A stretch of 35,860 nt of DNA, from assembly GCA_016206825.1 (NCBI GenBank), contig JACQQY010000113.1, positions 1 through 35,860 of the forward strand. Reading direction: 5' to 3'. This document shows, in pieces, positions 8,501-20,500 of the stretch. The notes beneath the pieces were generated by a model. It did not search any database. It worked only from the letters and a program-made list of their open reading frames with translations, and had not been told where the DNA came from. The first letter of the stretch is position 1, and each line of letters starts with the position of its first letter. This DNA is from Candidatus Omnitrophota bacterium. GTDB taxonomy: Bacteria > Omnitrophota > Gorgyraeia > 2-02-FULL-51-18. The translations under genes and the position numbers were made by a program.

Positions 8501-11500
8501 CGATCGCCACGTTGCCAACACCAACGACTGCCGCGCCTCCGACGTACTGGGCGCCCACCTTGAGTCTCGGAACCCCTGTAGCCAATCCGCTTCCCCATTT
8601 TAACGCCAAACCAAACCCAAATCCCTTCAAGAAAGTATCCCAACCCACCTTTTCAAAAAGCCCCTTGCCTTGAAGAAGATTAGACCCAACCTGCCAGCCA
8701 ATATTCCCGAACGCTCCCAAAAATCCCATCGTGGCATAACCCGTCAACGGATTGGCAAAGACACTCCCAACTCCCTTCGTTCCCAAAAGACCCTTTTCAA
8801 AGCTGAGGATGGTTTTGCCCGTTGCCGTAACCAACTTAAACCCATTCAGAATCCCATTCGCAACGGCGAATCCGCCCTGCAAGGAGGCTCCCCAGAAGCC
8901 GTTGTTAATCGCTCCGCCTATCGCCTGAGCCCAGTTGATTTCCTTGCCCTGATACCAAGACATCCCAACGTTGGTTCCCAGGGAAATGCCGCCCCACAAT
9001 TCTGCCCAAAGCAACGTTGCCGTTCCACCTGTCAAAGCGACACTGACGACAATGCCCGTGATGCCTATAACAGCCTTTGTCTGCAGCCACAAACCGGAAT
9101 CCGTAAAGAGACTCTCGCCCCCTGCCGCATGAAACCACCATTTGTCGTATAAGCTTTGCGCCAAATAAGCTTCCCTGCCGGATTGTACCTCGAAGGATCT
9201 CGTCAATCCCTTTAAGGCGCCGGGAGCGGTTTTCTCCATAGCCACCAGCTTATTGACGAGATCTTCTCCCTTCAAATCCCAGAGACTCGACCGATTCGAC
9301 AAATCTTCAACCACGAAGCGATTGAAACTATCCTGCATGAGATAGTCGCCGGCCGAAGGCAGATCGATCGACGCGACGATCCTCTCCGCTTGATGCTGAA
9401 GCGACAATTCCCGCATGGTCGCTTCGACGGCGTTAAACCTTCCGCTCTCCAACTCGTACGTAAACTGGTCAAACAACGTTTTCATCTGGGTTGACTTGTC
9501 GCCCTTATAGTCGCTTTCCACTTTTTGTCCATAAATTTCATGGGCTTTGGATACGGCGAGAAGCCCCATCTCCCCGCGCCTAATATCCAAAACCTCCGGA
9601 CCCACGCGCTGGATGGATTGCACATCGGTATAAACAAACTGCCCGCTCCCCGTGACTTCCGAATTGCCAACACGCAGAGTCTGAACCTGTTCACCCACAT
9701 CGAATGTCTGATTGGCCAAAGCCGCAAAGCGGCCCTCACGAATCGAAATACTCCCCTCGCCAAAAAATTGCTTGCCGTCTTTGTCTTTTACCACCTGGAT
9801 GGAAAAATCCTCGACCAACCCTTTCTTTTCACCGCCAGGCGCGCCCATCTCCTTCCAGCCCTGGACCCTGTCTCCCATTTCCAGAAGAACGTAACCTCTG
9901 TTATGCAACGCACCGGACTTCAAGAACAACGAATCTTTCCCAAGCTCCACCTCGTTCGTCGTGAGCGTGACCCCTCTCTCCAAATCAAGCTTGCTTCCCT
10001 GAACGTTGAAGAAACCCCCTTGAGTCAACGTAAGCGCTAAAACCCCGGAAACGGTAAATTGCTTGCCGCCTGCGGTGAAGATCATTGGCTTATCGCCCAT
10101 TTCCAACCGGAGTTGAAGCAAACCATCCTCGCCTTTCGCTAAAGCGGCCGTCCGACCAAACAAGACCGCGGTAAGCTTCTGATCGCCCAGTTCCTTCCCA
10201 TCAAACCCAAAAATTTTCGTTAGAGGCTGTTTACCGGTGAGATCCGTGACCTGCTTGGCCAAGAAAGTCCCCTTATCGTCGAACAAACTGGAAGAAACGT
10301 TCCTTGCCTTTCCATCCTTCCCAAAAATGGTATCCGAAACGTTATGGCCGTCGATGACGGACGAAATAGAAACCCCTTTCGATTCGTATGCCAAGCGCAG
10401 GGTCGTGTCAACGGTTCCGGCGTATTCTCTCAAGGTTGATTTCAAAGATTCTATCCCGGAAGCTTGGAGGACGAGATTCTGAAGACCCTGCGCAACAGGA
10501 ACCTTATCCAAATCCAACCGGCTGACGTCCGCCGAAAGCCCGATTTTTTGTCCGTCCTTCAGCAAAGCGGGCATCGAAAAAATGACGACCAGATTCGCAT
10601 CCACGGAAAGAACTCCGTTCCCAAAACCCCAGGAGATCTTCTGGATCCGCTCGCTTTTGTAGCTGTCCAATACCCCATGGGTGAATTCTCCTTTAGGACT
10701 CCACATCCCTTTCATGGCCTGCTTCATCTGCTCGGCAGTCAGATCCTTCCCCAACACGTCGCGGACATCGGAAGCGATGGAAATAGCCGGGTTCGTGTTG
10801 TCTTTTTCAAACATAATGTCCACCGACGCCTGGCGGATCGTCTCACCAACCCTTTGCCCAACAACCATATTCGTGACACCCGCCGGTGTGTAGGACCCTA
10901 CCTTTCCCTTTGAAACTTCCAAGTCCGCGCCCTGCCCTATACCCATAAACTCGGCCCACCAGACTCCCCTCAAAGGACCGCCGGAATAGTTTGCCCTGTG
11001 TCCTTTTAAATCCTGCGCTTCGCCTTGGGTAATCATATAAGTGGTGAATGAATCCTTATTCCCCAGGGTAAACTCCACACTGCCGACACCTGACAGCTTC
11101 AGAAATTTCCCTTCTTCAACCTCAAGCCCTCCAATGGAAACCTCCCCGCCTCCTCTGTGTGCCTCATAGCTGTAGAGCATCGTCGTGCCGGGGATCACGC
11201 GCAGCTTATACCCATCGGTCAAAACATCCGTCAAAGACTGCAGCGCCTCCGATTCGCTTCCGACTCGACCCTGCAGGAAACCGATCAGGGTTCGCGCATT
11301 CTCCTCTGAAATCGGAGCCAAGGCATCCGCTTTTGTCTTAAACAGAACTCTTATAGGCTTGTCGGCTCCAAGAGTTTGATTCACGGCTTTGATGCCCGCT
11401 ATTTCGGCTTCTTTACCCGCCATTACATTGATCACAAAGCTCTTCGTCTCAAATTGAACGCCAAATCCCATGGCGCTGACCTTTTGAGCAGCTTCTTTAT

Positions 11501-14500
11501 AATTGTCATCTGTGGCGCCGCCTGCGATTTTTCCTATTGCCGCCATTTGGGTCAGTTTGGCTTCATCAACCTTTCCATCCTTGCCGAGAAGCTGTACGGA
11601 TTTCCCGTCCTTATCCCGTATCGGCACAAAGAAATCAAGCGGCTGGCCGCCGCTTCCGACAGCCTTCTGGGCCATAACCGAGATCGATTCGAGTTGCCGG
11701 TCCTTCATGACAAACTGAAGGATTGTCCCCTCGACAGTTTCAAACGAAGCGGTGAAGCTGGGAACGCTCAACATGGCCAGAAGGACGTCGCCAGGTTTGG
11801 AAACCTTGGAAGCGCGCAGGACGTCCGCAAAAACCGGAACGGAATTCTTCAAGGAATTGAGCGCCCCAATATCCAACCGTTCGCCCTCGCCGAACAACCT
11901 ATCCATCCCTCCGACAAGGCGCGCAAAAGTCATCGCATCGACTTCCTTGCCAAGCCCTAAAAGCTGGAAGGCTCCGTTCAGCTCTGCGCGGAAGTCCATG
12001 ACGGCCTTGGCATTACCAGGAACTGCCAACATGCCGTTTATCCTCGCAGAGAAGCTGTCCATTTTCGTGTGATCCAAGAGCAAATAACCGTTCGCATCTT
12101 TTACAAAATTGCCGGCCTTATCCCTCTTCAAAAACTCCGTCATGCCGCCGGTGGATACCAGAGAAACAAGCTGTGAAAGACCGACCCCCTGCGCGGACGG
12201 ATCAGCCGATTTCGCAAAATCATCGATGGCCTTCTGTAAACCATCCAGATCCCTATCCACTTTTACGTTGACAGGAACGGCGGAGACGACGCCTCCAAGA
12301 GTAAAGTCCGAGGCGGTCTTGCCGATGACAATCTCAATCCCGCCCCCCGTGGTCCGGTTCACGGTAAGGCCGCTTAAATCCTTCAAAGGCACAACAAGCT
12401 CAAAGAGTTTCGTAACGTTCTCGACGTTGTGATTCAAAATCCCCAGGTCCGCCAAATAGACGGCATCTGTCCCGGCCTTCTTCTCCGCCCGCCCCAGCTC
12501 TCCCTTCATCCCGGAGGCAAACGCCGCCGCTTCTTTCAAATATTCCTTCGCCCTCCCAAGGTCCTTCGCCTCAAGCGCGCTGACGGCCTGGTCATACAAA
12601 TAATTCACTGTGCCCCCGGTTCTCTTCTGCTGTTCGACGATGAGCACCGCCTCCGCCGAGAAACCGCGGACGTCAAATTTGCCGCCGACCCACTGACCCT
12701 CCCTGCCCCACAGCTTCGTGAAGGAACCGGCGCCCTCAAGCTTCGCTGTCCCGCTCGCATCGACCATCAGAAACTTAACGGTAACGCCATCCAACGTTCG
12801 CCCTTCTCCCAAGGCCTGCGAATATCTTTCAAATAAACTCTGCTTAAGATCGCCGCGAACGCTGAGTTCAATAAACTCCTTAGTGCCTCGATCGATCAAA
12901 GCCACGTGGGGTTCTTGCAATCCATCCACATACACCACATCCCATTGGAGCCCAAAGCTGCCCGCGATTCTCGCCGCCAAGGCATGGGTGCCAACACAAT
13001 TCAAGCCTTCCGATTCCCTGTCCAAACCGCCGGGCTTCAACGCAATATTTTGCAGGATGAGAGTCTTGATGAAATTACCCATTTCCGCTTTGCCAATGTC
13101 GGTTCGAAGACGGGCGACGTCTGTATCCTTGCTTTCATCAATCCTTTTGGCAAGAGCCTGCCACGGATCAGCGCTCTTTATCTCCGTATCCGTCATGGAA
13201 AGGATCGCCTTTTGGATGGAGGGCGGGACCCCGTCTGGAGTCTTACCGTCTTTTAGTTGAGCGTGGAGAGCCGCCAATACTTCATTCATGGTGCTCCCAA
13301 GCTTTGCAAGCTCGGACGGCAAAGACCTAAGACCAAAAGGAACGGCGGCTGAAAGAATGCGCCCTTCGGCGTCAAACCTAAAGGTTCCCCGCGTCTCGGC
13401 AATGGTCCCGCTCACGGCGATGTGATCAACGGCAATTCCTAAGGTTTTCGCCATATCGAGGATGGCGGTTTGTGCCGCATTGGCATCCGGGAAGTCCTTG
13501 GCAACTTCCACGTCCGTCAACCGCCCTTGAGGATCAAAAGCGAAAACAGCCCTCGTTTCCGGACCAAAGGTGCCTTCCACAACGACGGGGCCGTTGGCGT
13601 CCTTTCTGCTCACGAACGCCAAGAAAAGCTGGGTCGCATCCACCATCACCTGTTTATCCAAAGGCATGCCCTGATTGGAAGTTCCGAGCGCCTTGAATAA
13701 ATTCTCAAAAGATCCCGATGAAGCCGCCTCACCCATGCCAAGATAAATCGCTCCTCTTGCGCTGGAATCCTTGGCGCCCAGTAAAATGCTGAAAAGCTCC
13801 GTCGCGCCGATCTGAACCTTTTGACCAAGACGGGCGTTAACGGCGCCTATCTTGCTTAAGGCGCCGATAAAGCTCTTATCTTCGCCCAAGGTGATTTGAT
13901 CAATTTTGCCGTAAATCTCTAACCTTGCCGAGGCATCCTTGGCGCCGAGGAGCTTAATAAAGAGTTCCGTGCCGCCTAACTCAACTTGGTCCGTGCGGCC
14001 TGCAGCTTTCAACGCATTATTGAGAGATTCAATCCGTTCCAAACTATGACCGAATCGCATAGACTCTGTCTTGATCTCCCCAATCTTGGAGTAAATCTCT
14101 TTCCTTTCACCGGCATTTTTCATCCCAAGCAGAATAGTCAACAGTTCTGTTGCGCCGATCTTGATCTGGCCGTGAGTTGCTTGAATGTCACGGAGAGAAG
14201 AAGCAAATTGAGAGCTTTCGGTGGTGGTAATCTCGGTGAGCCTTGTATAGATATCTCTTCGCGCATCGCCATCCTTAGCGCCTAAGAGGAAGATAAAGAA
14301 TTCCGTGGCCCCAATCTTGATAGTGTCTTTGATGCCCGCTTTGGCGATAAGAACGTTGAGAGTTTGGATATCTTCGAACGCAGTCACAAAATTCTGTTCT
14401 TTGAATAAAACTTCCCCAAACGCAATTTGTGAGATCCTGCCGTAGAGTTCTTGCCTTGCATCACCATTCTTCATGCCTAAAAGGGCGGTGAAGAGCTCCG

Positions 14501-17500
14501 TCGCTCCAAATTTGACTTGGTCCTTGATGCCGGCGTTGGCAAGCTGAGAATTCAAGGTTTGGATGTGGCTTGAAGAATCGACTATTTGATTCTTCTCAGT
14601 GGTCGTAATCCACCTAATATTGGTGTACACAGTCCCCCTTACACCAGCATCTTTCGCGCCTAATAAGAGGATGAACAATCCGGTGGCATCCATTTGGACC
14701 TGATCCTTGATACCTGCCTTGACAAGGTCAGCGTTGAGGTCTTGGATGCCGCGCAAGGAAGCTTCGAACTCGTTCTTTTCGTTTGTGGTAATCTCGCTAA
14801 TCTTCTGGTAGAGAGCCTGTCTTGCCTCACCGCCTTCCGCTCGGATGAGAAGACCCAGTAGTTCCGCTTCTCCCATTTTCACTTTATCCTCAATGCCAGC
14901 GGCCGTAAGCCTGCCGTTCAATTGGCCGATGCCAGCCAAAGCCTTGTCGACTTGTTGGCTTTCATTCGTGAGGGCTTGGACAAGCGCCTGGAGCTTGCTC
15001 GTCTCAAAACTTCCCATGATCCTTCCGGTGGCCGTCTCCATCACCACCGTAAACTCCGTCGCGCTGACAGGGACGTTGAAGATGACGCTCGCCAGGCTTC
15101 GCAGGAACGCCTGCTGGGCGGGGTCGGTCGTGGTTCCATAATTTACGCGCATGGCCTGCGAAACAAACCCTTCTCTCACAAACTTCTCTTCCCCACCCGC
15201 CTCGTCGAGGCTCACCACGAGAGCCTGTTGGGCGTTGGCCGCCGCGCCAAAGACGCCCTGCTTGGTCACAAGGATTTGTTGGCCTTCCCTAAGGATACGG
15301 CCTTCTTGAGGGAGGACGTTCAGGAGCTCCTTCGTGACTCCCATGGCCACTCCCATTTTCACGCCTTCCTCATTTTGGATGATTTGAATAGTGTCTGCCA
15401 GCAAACTTGGAGGAACGGGAAGCTCTACTCCCATGAGGTTGACGATAAAGCCCTTGAAGAAGGCCGCGGCTTCGGCGGTTACTCCTTTAAACTGGAACCG
15501 CAGGCCTTGCGCCGTTCCCAATTCGCCGCCGGCGAGCGTAAAGCGCTCTCGTCCGCCGCTGAAAAGTCCACTGCCCAGAGCCGCCGGAGGCGCGCCGCCC
15601 AGCCCGCCCTGCAGGCGATAAAGCTCGACTCCCTGTTCTCCGGCTTTCACGAAAATTTCCTGGCCTTCCGCGAGACCCGTTTGCTTCGCCAAGCGGTTAT
15701 CGATGCTGAACGTGAAACCGACCTGCTCGCCGAACCGGTTCAAGCCCTGCTGGAATTTACCCGACAAAATGGCCAAGGCCGAGAGACCCGTGAAGGAGCC
15801 CACGAGACCGGCGACGGCGAGCTTCGTGCTCTCATCGAGATCCGCGGCAAACTCCACCAGATAATTCCTGGCCAGATCCACTCCGAGATTCTTTACAGCC
15901 TCATTCTTAATGGCTTCCACGCCTTGGTCTTTGATGGCAAGAAGGCGGTTATTCTGCGCATCGAAGGCTTGGATGAGTCCCCCCTCCTGCTGAATGAAGA
16001 TTTCCTCTCCGGCTTTCACGTTACCGGCCTTTACCAAAAACCCAATCTGCCCTCCGGCCTGATTCGTAACCACTCCAAAGCCGATGGGCGCCGCAAACAA
16101 TCTCTGCGCGAGGAGCTTATAAGAAGCTTCCTGCTCCGGCGTCACCCCTTTTTGGAAAATCCGAAGCTGAGCTTCGCTCACGGTTCCTTTCACCCCTGCT
16201 CTTTCAAAAGCCCGCCGAACCTCTTGGATTTCAAAAAGCGCTTTGCCTCCCTCACTGAGCACTCTTTGCCTTTCCACGTCCACGAGAACAATCTGGCCCT
16301 TGTAGGCCCCCGTCGTGAAGCGCTCAACCTCCCCTTTTAGGTTGGTGAAGGCCGTCAGATTGGAAAGAATCTGCCCTTGGGCGTTGTAAGCCCGCAAAGT
16401 GGAGCTAAGGCCGGATAAGCTCCTCAAAACGTTCAAGGTGGCCGCATCCAGTCCGCTCTTCTCCCCTTCCTTGGTAACCGCGGCGACGACACCGCGAAGC
16501 ACGGCGATTCCCTGCGCGTTTCCTTTCACTTTTTCCTCATGAAACTCCGGAGCAATCAGCGGGGTGCCCTTGGCGTTCTCAATCTCCCCGGTTCGATCAT
16601 TGCGGAAGAAAGCCTGTCCCGAAACGAGAAGAAGAGACTGAATGCCAGGCTGAAGGCTGATCGCCACGGGCTGAAGTTGATTCGCCGTTGCAAACGAACC
16701 CAAAAGACCGGACAACTTCTCACGATCCAGCACGCTCTCCAAGCTCCCGCGCAAGGACAATTGACCATTAATCCTAAGCGAAAAACCGCCGCCCTCCCCA
16801 AGGAGAAAAAGCGCTTCAGAACCCTTCGCGGTACGAAAAGCCCTGCCGAGAATCTGCTCACCCTGAACCGCGCCCGTCTTATCCGTCACCACGCGGCCGC
16901 CTTGATCTACCCTGCCGCCCACAAGCTCAACGTCGAAGACATCCCTGCCTTCTTTGTCCGTTGTCGGAAAATGCCGCAGGCCCACGACCAGTTTTCCCAT
17001 AAACTCAAAGGCCACCCGTATCTGCCGCCCGGCCCGCAATTTTACCTCTATCGTTTCTCCTCCTCTGCTTTTCAACTCCGCATCCAAGACTTGAGACGTC
17101 AACCTATACCGGTCTTCTTTTTTCTCCACAAGGGTACGGCGGCGGCTCGTCGTACGCCCTTCTTTATCTTGAGTAAGCTCAAGCAGAGCAAAACCTTCCT
17201 TCGACCTGAAACCTAAAATCGCGGTCCCCGCTTCGGGGGCTTCCCTCCCCTGCCTTAGAGCTTCTTTCACCTCTTTATCGCTGACGACATGAACGGAAAA
17301 TTCGACGATCTCCCCCTTTAACCCTTCCACCGCCTTCAGCCCCTCCGTCTCCGCGATGATCCGCTTGGCGATGTCGGAGAACTGGACGGCCTTCGCCAAG
17401 AAGAGGGCCCTGCCAAGATCCTTGGTTCCCATCAAGCCTTCGATGAAACTCTTCGAAGCCCTGAAGCTCTTGGACGTGACAAGGCTGTAATTGTCCTGGA

Positions 17501-20500
17501 GCCACTTCCATTGCTTGCCGATACTTTGGGATTTGCTCTCCAAGTCTTCCATGGTGATATCGAAGGTTTCTTGATAAGTCTGCTCAGCGGCGCCCCTCTT
17601 TTTGGCATCCTGGTTCTCGAGGCTTCCCACCATGAGCTTTTCGATTTCCTCCACTATTTTCTTCATCGTATCGGAGTAAGTATCAGGACCTATCAAATCC
17701 TTCGGAGAAATGCTGCTATCTCCAATTTGGATAGGACCTGCGACGGAAGGATCACTGCCGGAAAGAATCTTCGTGAGCCTCGCGCCCTCATCCGCCGTTT
17801 GGGCCACCGGCCGAATGAGATCATAAAAGATGCCTTTTTGGAGCGGTTTGGGTTGGCGCTTAGGCGCGGCCGCCGCTCGAACGGTAGCGTCAAACCTTTT
17901 GGTTGTGAGCTTTCGGATGACGTTGCCCTGGCGGTCCTTGAAGGTCGTGGTCGTTTCAAGAACGCCTCCTTTCATGGGATCTTTCGGATCCACGAGGCTC
18001 GTTTTTTGCTCTATTTCCTCCTGCCCGCCCGACAGGAAAAGGGCGGCGCGTTCGGCGACAATATGCTTTTCGACAATGGCGTTATCCTTGGCTTGCTCAA
18101 GCCGCTTGAGAAGGGCTTCGTGGGTTTTCTCTATTTCTTCCTTTTGCCTTTTGGAGTTGTCTTCGACCGCTTTTCTCTGTTCGGCCAGCCTCGCCAAAGA
18201 GGCTCTTGCGCTCCCGGTGCCCTGGCCATAGGCCTCGTTCAGCACCTCCTTTGCACGATTGACGATCGTCTTGAGCGCCGGAACAAGACCCGTCGTATCC
18301 ACGGCGTTGGCTGCTTTCCAAAGATTCTCAAGCTGCTCCAGACCTTTTTCCAACACAGTAATCAGAACGGTGTTAAATTTCTTGACCCCCTGAAGGTCGA
18401 TGAGCTCCGTCACAACCGACGCCAGTTCCCATCCCCACTGGTATTGCTTCATCACGGCTTCGTACGAGCGGAAGAAGGTCCGCAGCATGGGAACAAGCTG
18501 CTGCGCGAGCAGACCGCGCACAATCTCCGCTTCCTGCCCATTAAGATCTTGAAGCGCCTTGCCTTTTGCCTCTTCCGTCTCGGAGAGCATCTTGTCTTTC
18601 AACTGGTCAAGCTCCTGCTTGCGCCGCTCGAACCTTTTCTCCTCCGCTTCCACCAAACCATTCAAAATCTGCGCAATCGTCTCCGGAAGAGCCCCCAGCA
18701 CGGGGTCATAAAACTCCTCAAGCCGCCTGAACAACTTGAGGTTCAATTGAGCATACCGATCGCCTATTTCTCCTTTGGCTCTTAACTCCTCAATCGTCAC
18801 CTGATCCTGGGCGGAAACTTTCGCGTACGTCGCCGAAGGATCGGTTGCCGTCCTATGAAGAATCCGATTTGAAGTGCCCAGCCCAAGCGGATCGCTGGAC
18901 AAAAGGTCAAAAAGGGCTTTCTCCTTTTCATCCTCCGAATTGTACACGACGACGTTGAAGCCTTTATTCTTGGAATAAAAATCGAGCCAGTACGCCGAAT
19001 TGGGGTATTGGGGCAGTTTGGCGTTAGGATCCTGATCGGTGTAACTGCCAATAAACGGTTTGGCGGTTCCCAGCAACCCACCGATATAGGACTTATAGGC
19101 CTGTGTGGAGTTCCAGGAGCTCCAATAAGGAGTTCCTGAAGAAGAATTCAGGTAAACGACCCCCGGGAAATCAGACCCCTTGTATCCATTTAAAGACGCT
19201 CCAAATTCTCCTCTGAGCGAGGCATCTGCAGTTTCACCCCACTTTATGCCCGTTCCTCCTCCCACGTCGCTGTAGGCTTTCCAGCTAAGAGACAATATTT
19301 TCCCATCGCCAAGATCCTCCGTGGAACCCTGCCGCGGCTGGCCGGTGTAATAAGGGGCGTAGGTGTTTACAAAGTCCTCTTGCGCCGATGTCATGTATTC
19401 ATAAAAAGTACTCGTCACCCATAAGGGGAAAATCGGCGCTTGCCAATCCGCAATCCCACCGGGGTACCCGCCATACGCCGGAACAGTGGGGTAGTAATCG
19501 ACCGTATCGATTAACCGATTCATAACGTATTGATTTCCGGCTACGTACTGCTCGACGATGCCGGACAATGCTTGGGGAAGTCCGGAGTCGTAAGAGGGGT
19601 ACGTGGCGCCCGTGATGGCGCCCGGCGAAAAAACGAGCCCTAACGTTTTAGTTCCCAAATCGCCGATATCCCCTCCAAAGGAAGGATTAAGAGCCCCGTG
19701 GTAGATGCCTCCGCCCGGACGGTGCTGATCGTCCCCCGTCCACGAAGAAGGCTCATCGAAGAGATAATCAAGAATATGACTTTGATAAGACTCCTTATCG
19801 ACCCGGCCCAGGTAATCAGGTGGGCCAAGCTTATTCACAAACGGCATGTTGTCGGGATCAAGGGTCTTTAATACTTCATCGATCGAAAAGGATAAGAATG
19901 CCCGATCCAAATCCCGGCCCAGCCAATCCGGCATCTCCTTGAAATCCGTTTTACTGCCGGTGCCTTCTTCGGTTAAAAGCCCTGCCGAACCAAGAGACCC
20001 GTCTCCTACTTTCTTCTCTGCCTCGAGACGCTCCTTCACTTCCGCCGCGTTTTTGGCCACTTCATACACCGTTTTCGACATCTCTTCTCCCAGCTCTTCA
20101 AGGCCCTCCCGCGTATCCTTTTGAATCTCATAGCTCTTTGAAAGCTCACCGGAGGAAGCGTCAACGATGCCTTTATAAGCCTCCGCGATAGTCTGGAAAA
20201 CCTCCGAAACGTCCGGCAATCCCTGCGCGATGGCCTCGACGTACTTCTTGACAGGTTCAACGTCGAAGTTAAGCTTGTACTTCACGGTAAGGGTTCCATC
20301 CGCTGACTCCGAGCTGACGGTCGCCTTTGCCCAATCCACAAGGGCAGCATCCTCGAACGTGCTTTCGGCCGCTTTAAATTGTTGAAACCTCTCTTTGATT
20401 GTGCCCACGGCCTCGGACCATTTCCTTCTGATCTCGCTCATTTGCTCGGTTATTTTCTCCTTCACGCTCCGTAAGGAGAGAAGGGTGTAAGCCACCGTGG

